Of a DNA stretch of 64,000 nt, positions 62,684 through 64,000 are shown in pieces; within the stretch, counting starts at the first letter, position 1, and each line of letters begins with the position of its first letter. The stretch is taken from IMG/VR virus record IMGVR_UViG_3300012663_000759, positions 4,772-68,771 of that record. One strand, 5' to 3'. The notes below the pieces were generated by a model, which ran no database searches, was not told the origin of the DNA, and saw nothing but the letters and a program-made list of their open reading frames with translations. The stretch is from a virus. A program made the translations under genes and the position numbers.

Positions 62684-62911
62684 TTATTTCTTCTTTTTAT
62701 CTTCTGGAACAGCAGTTCCTTCTAATTTTTTATGAACTTTAATAGTCTTGCACTCTTGAACAGCCTTGCCATTCTTCATTACAGGCTTGCCGGCCTTATC
62801 CATTTTATCTTTACATACTTCTTTGGTTTCACCGCCTGCATACGCTGGGTTATTCCAAGATAAGAATGAAAGACTTGCGACTACACATAAACCCCAAAAT
62901 AGATTTTTCAT
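62684..62911 (-). CDS. Small exported protein with a signal peptide
   Basis: MKNLFWGLCVVASLSFLSWNNPAYA (AxA cleavage site); Lys-rich mature part with two Cys. Confidence 0.7.
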   Translation of the reverse strand: MKNLFWGLCVVASLSFLSWNNPAYAGGETKEVCKDKMDKAGKPVMKNGKAVQECKTIKVHKKLEGTAVPEDKKKK

Positions 62912-62922
62912 TTTATTTTCCT

Positions 62923-63456
62923 TTATAAAAGTGGTTGCGGTGGTTCAACAGGCGCTGGCTTGCCGCCAAATCCTGTAGTTACTCCTGCGGTCGGAGTCGC
63001 TGTCGCTCCAAATCCTGTACTGCTACCAAAGCCGCTTGGTGTTGTTGTTGGAGTTGTTCCCCAACTTGGCGCTGGTGTAAAACTTGTGCCTTGGGATCCG
63101 AATCCGCCTGCCGAAGGTGTGCTAGTTGTTGTAATCCCGGGCGTAAATCCTGCTGTTGGTGTTTGTGCTCCGCCATTGTTTGCTCCGTTTAATTTTTCTT
63201 GTGTACGACCAAATGCCGCAATACCAAGGACTGCACCCATTGCAATGTGGAATAAGCCAGCACCTTGTAATGTTAGAGGATTCCATTGTGTAATAGGAGT
63301 ATGTGTTACAGTTTGTAGTAAACTCCATAATACTGGAAATACAATCATATCAAACATACATACTACCATGTACATCCACCCCATCATTGGACGCCACTTA
63401 CTGTTCATCCAATCTTCTTTCTTTGTTTCGCTTGCGCTTTTTACTTCTGTTGTCAT
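62923..63456 (-). CDS. Membrane protein, holin-like (3TM/GTA-holin-type WRP motif) with a Gly/Thr/Pro-rich tail
   Basis: KWRPMMGW, two hydrophobic helices, then LG....GRT.EK. Confidence 0.6.
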   Translation of the reverse strand: MTTEVKSASETKKEDWMNSKWRPMMGWMYMVVCMFDMIVFPVLWSLLQTVTHTPITQWNPLTLQGAGLFHIAMGAVLGIAAFGRTQEKLNGANNGGAQTPTAGFTPGITTTSTPSAGGFGSQGTSFTPAPSWGTTPTTTPSGFGSSTGFGATATPTAGVTTGFGGKPAPVEPPQPLL

Positions 63457-63483
63457 TTTCGCTCCTAGTGTTTAGTGTTTATT

Positions 63484-63999
63484 TTAGAACCAAAGGAATA
63501 AGCCGTTTAGGCTTAACGCTATTCCGATGCCAGCTACTACAAAACTGCCCCAGAACATGCCCATACTAACTGCAAGAATACTTGCTGATAGAACGACGAT
63601 TGCTAACTGATAGGCTGTACTTGCATATCCAATCCATGGACTAGATTTTTTAGCTTCTTCACGGGCGGCCTCCATTTCTCTTGCCTTAACAGCAATTTCT
63701 TTCTTGTCAGCGTCCATGCGTTCTTTCTCTGCCATAAACTCTGCTTTAATTTTTGGATCAGCAGTTGTCTTGGCCGCAATCTCGTAGCTAACACCACGCC
63801 CTGCTTTGGCCTGATACTGTGCCCAAGTATTGTTAGCACCCAGGGTATTGTTTAATACTGTGCTGGATAACTTACCACCATACCATGCGTTGACGGCTAG
63901 CAACAAAGCAAAGATGGAAATAACCATACCTGCTTTGTCTTTTAGTTTTGCTTCACGTTCGCTACGTGAGCCAACTGGTGGCTTAGGTGCGTCCGGATC
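63484..63999 (-). CDS. Membrane protein, DUF4337-like; 5' truncated by the window edge
   Basis: The frame stays open to the window end (…DPDAPKPPVGSRSEREAKLKDKAGM); TM helix, ANNTWAQYQAK, coiled coil and two C-terminal TMs with QLAIVVLSASIL. Confidence 0.6.
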   Translation of the reverse strand, partial: DPDAPKPPVGSRSEREAKLKDKAGMVISIFALLLAVNAWYGGKLSSTVLNNTLGANNTWAQYQAKAGRGVSYEIAAKTTADPKIKAEFMAEKERMDADKKEIAVKAREMEAAREEAKKSSPWIGYASTAYQLAIVVLSASILAVSMGMFWGSFVVAGIGIALSLNGLFLWF

Positions 64000-64000
64000 T

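Noticed and set aside
1581-63839. Many short antisense or alternate-frame ORFs in the track (e.g. 4820-5170, 27112-27519, 62960-63475)
   Set aside because: They are shadows of well-supported genes on the opposite strand or in another frame, with no RBS or recognisable motifs.
1-64000. Alternative genetic code (stop-codon reassignment), as seen in some jumbo phages
   Set aside because: Genes are full-length in code 11, including a 12.6-kb ORF, and TAA, TGA and TAG all end genes at tight junctions.
1-64000. CRISPR arrays, tRNAs, introns/inteins, transposases, DGR or reverse transcriptase
   Set aside because: Intergenic gaps are all under about 100 nt with no spaced direct repeats or cloverleafs seen; polB, thyA and clpA are of normal length; no RT or transposase motifs were seen.

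Overview
A 64-kb, AT-rich segment of a large T4-related (jumbo-type) myophage genome, read in the standard genetic code. It is densely coding, and I found no tRNA, rRNA, CRISPR array or mobile element. 1-32007 (+) is a baseplate/tail module: gp53-, gp5-, gp25- and gp6-like proteins, a 4217-aa multidomain baseplate/adhesin, a collagen-like fibre, a subtilisin and four paralogous fibres. 32004-64000 (-) carries thyA, an AAA+/vWA-metallopeptidase pair, an RNase H/FEN nuclease, a 7-deazaguanine DNA-modification locus (queE, folE, a QueD-fold LxxxHRHxF protein, a dpdA/TGT-like gene), sliding clamp and family-B DNA polymerase, a set of probable capsid-packaged proteins, Dps, ClpA, peptide deformylase, DnaJ and membrane proteins. 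The two best candidates for an undescribed system are (i) the deazaguanine locus, which is interleaved with a GT-B glycosyltransferase, a truncated UDP-sugar dehydrogenase, a cupin and a MazG-like enzyme, and (ii) a 1290-aa protein that appears to fuse three unrelated nucleotidyltransferase domains and carries capsid-targeting/processing-like motifs. The intergenic DNA shows seven near-consensus sigma70 promoters, a recurrent TAAATA late-promoter motif and several structured RNA leaders. All family calls come from motif recognition by eye; no database searches were run.
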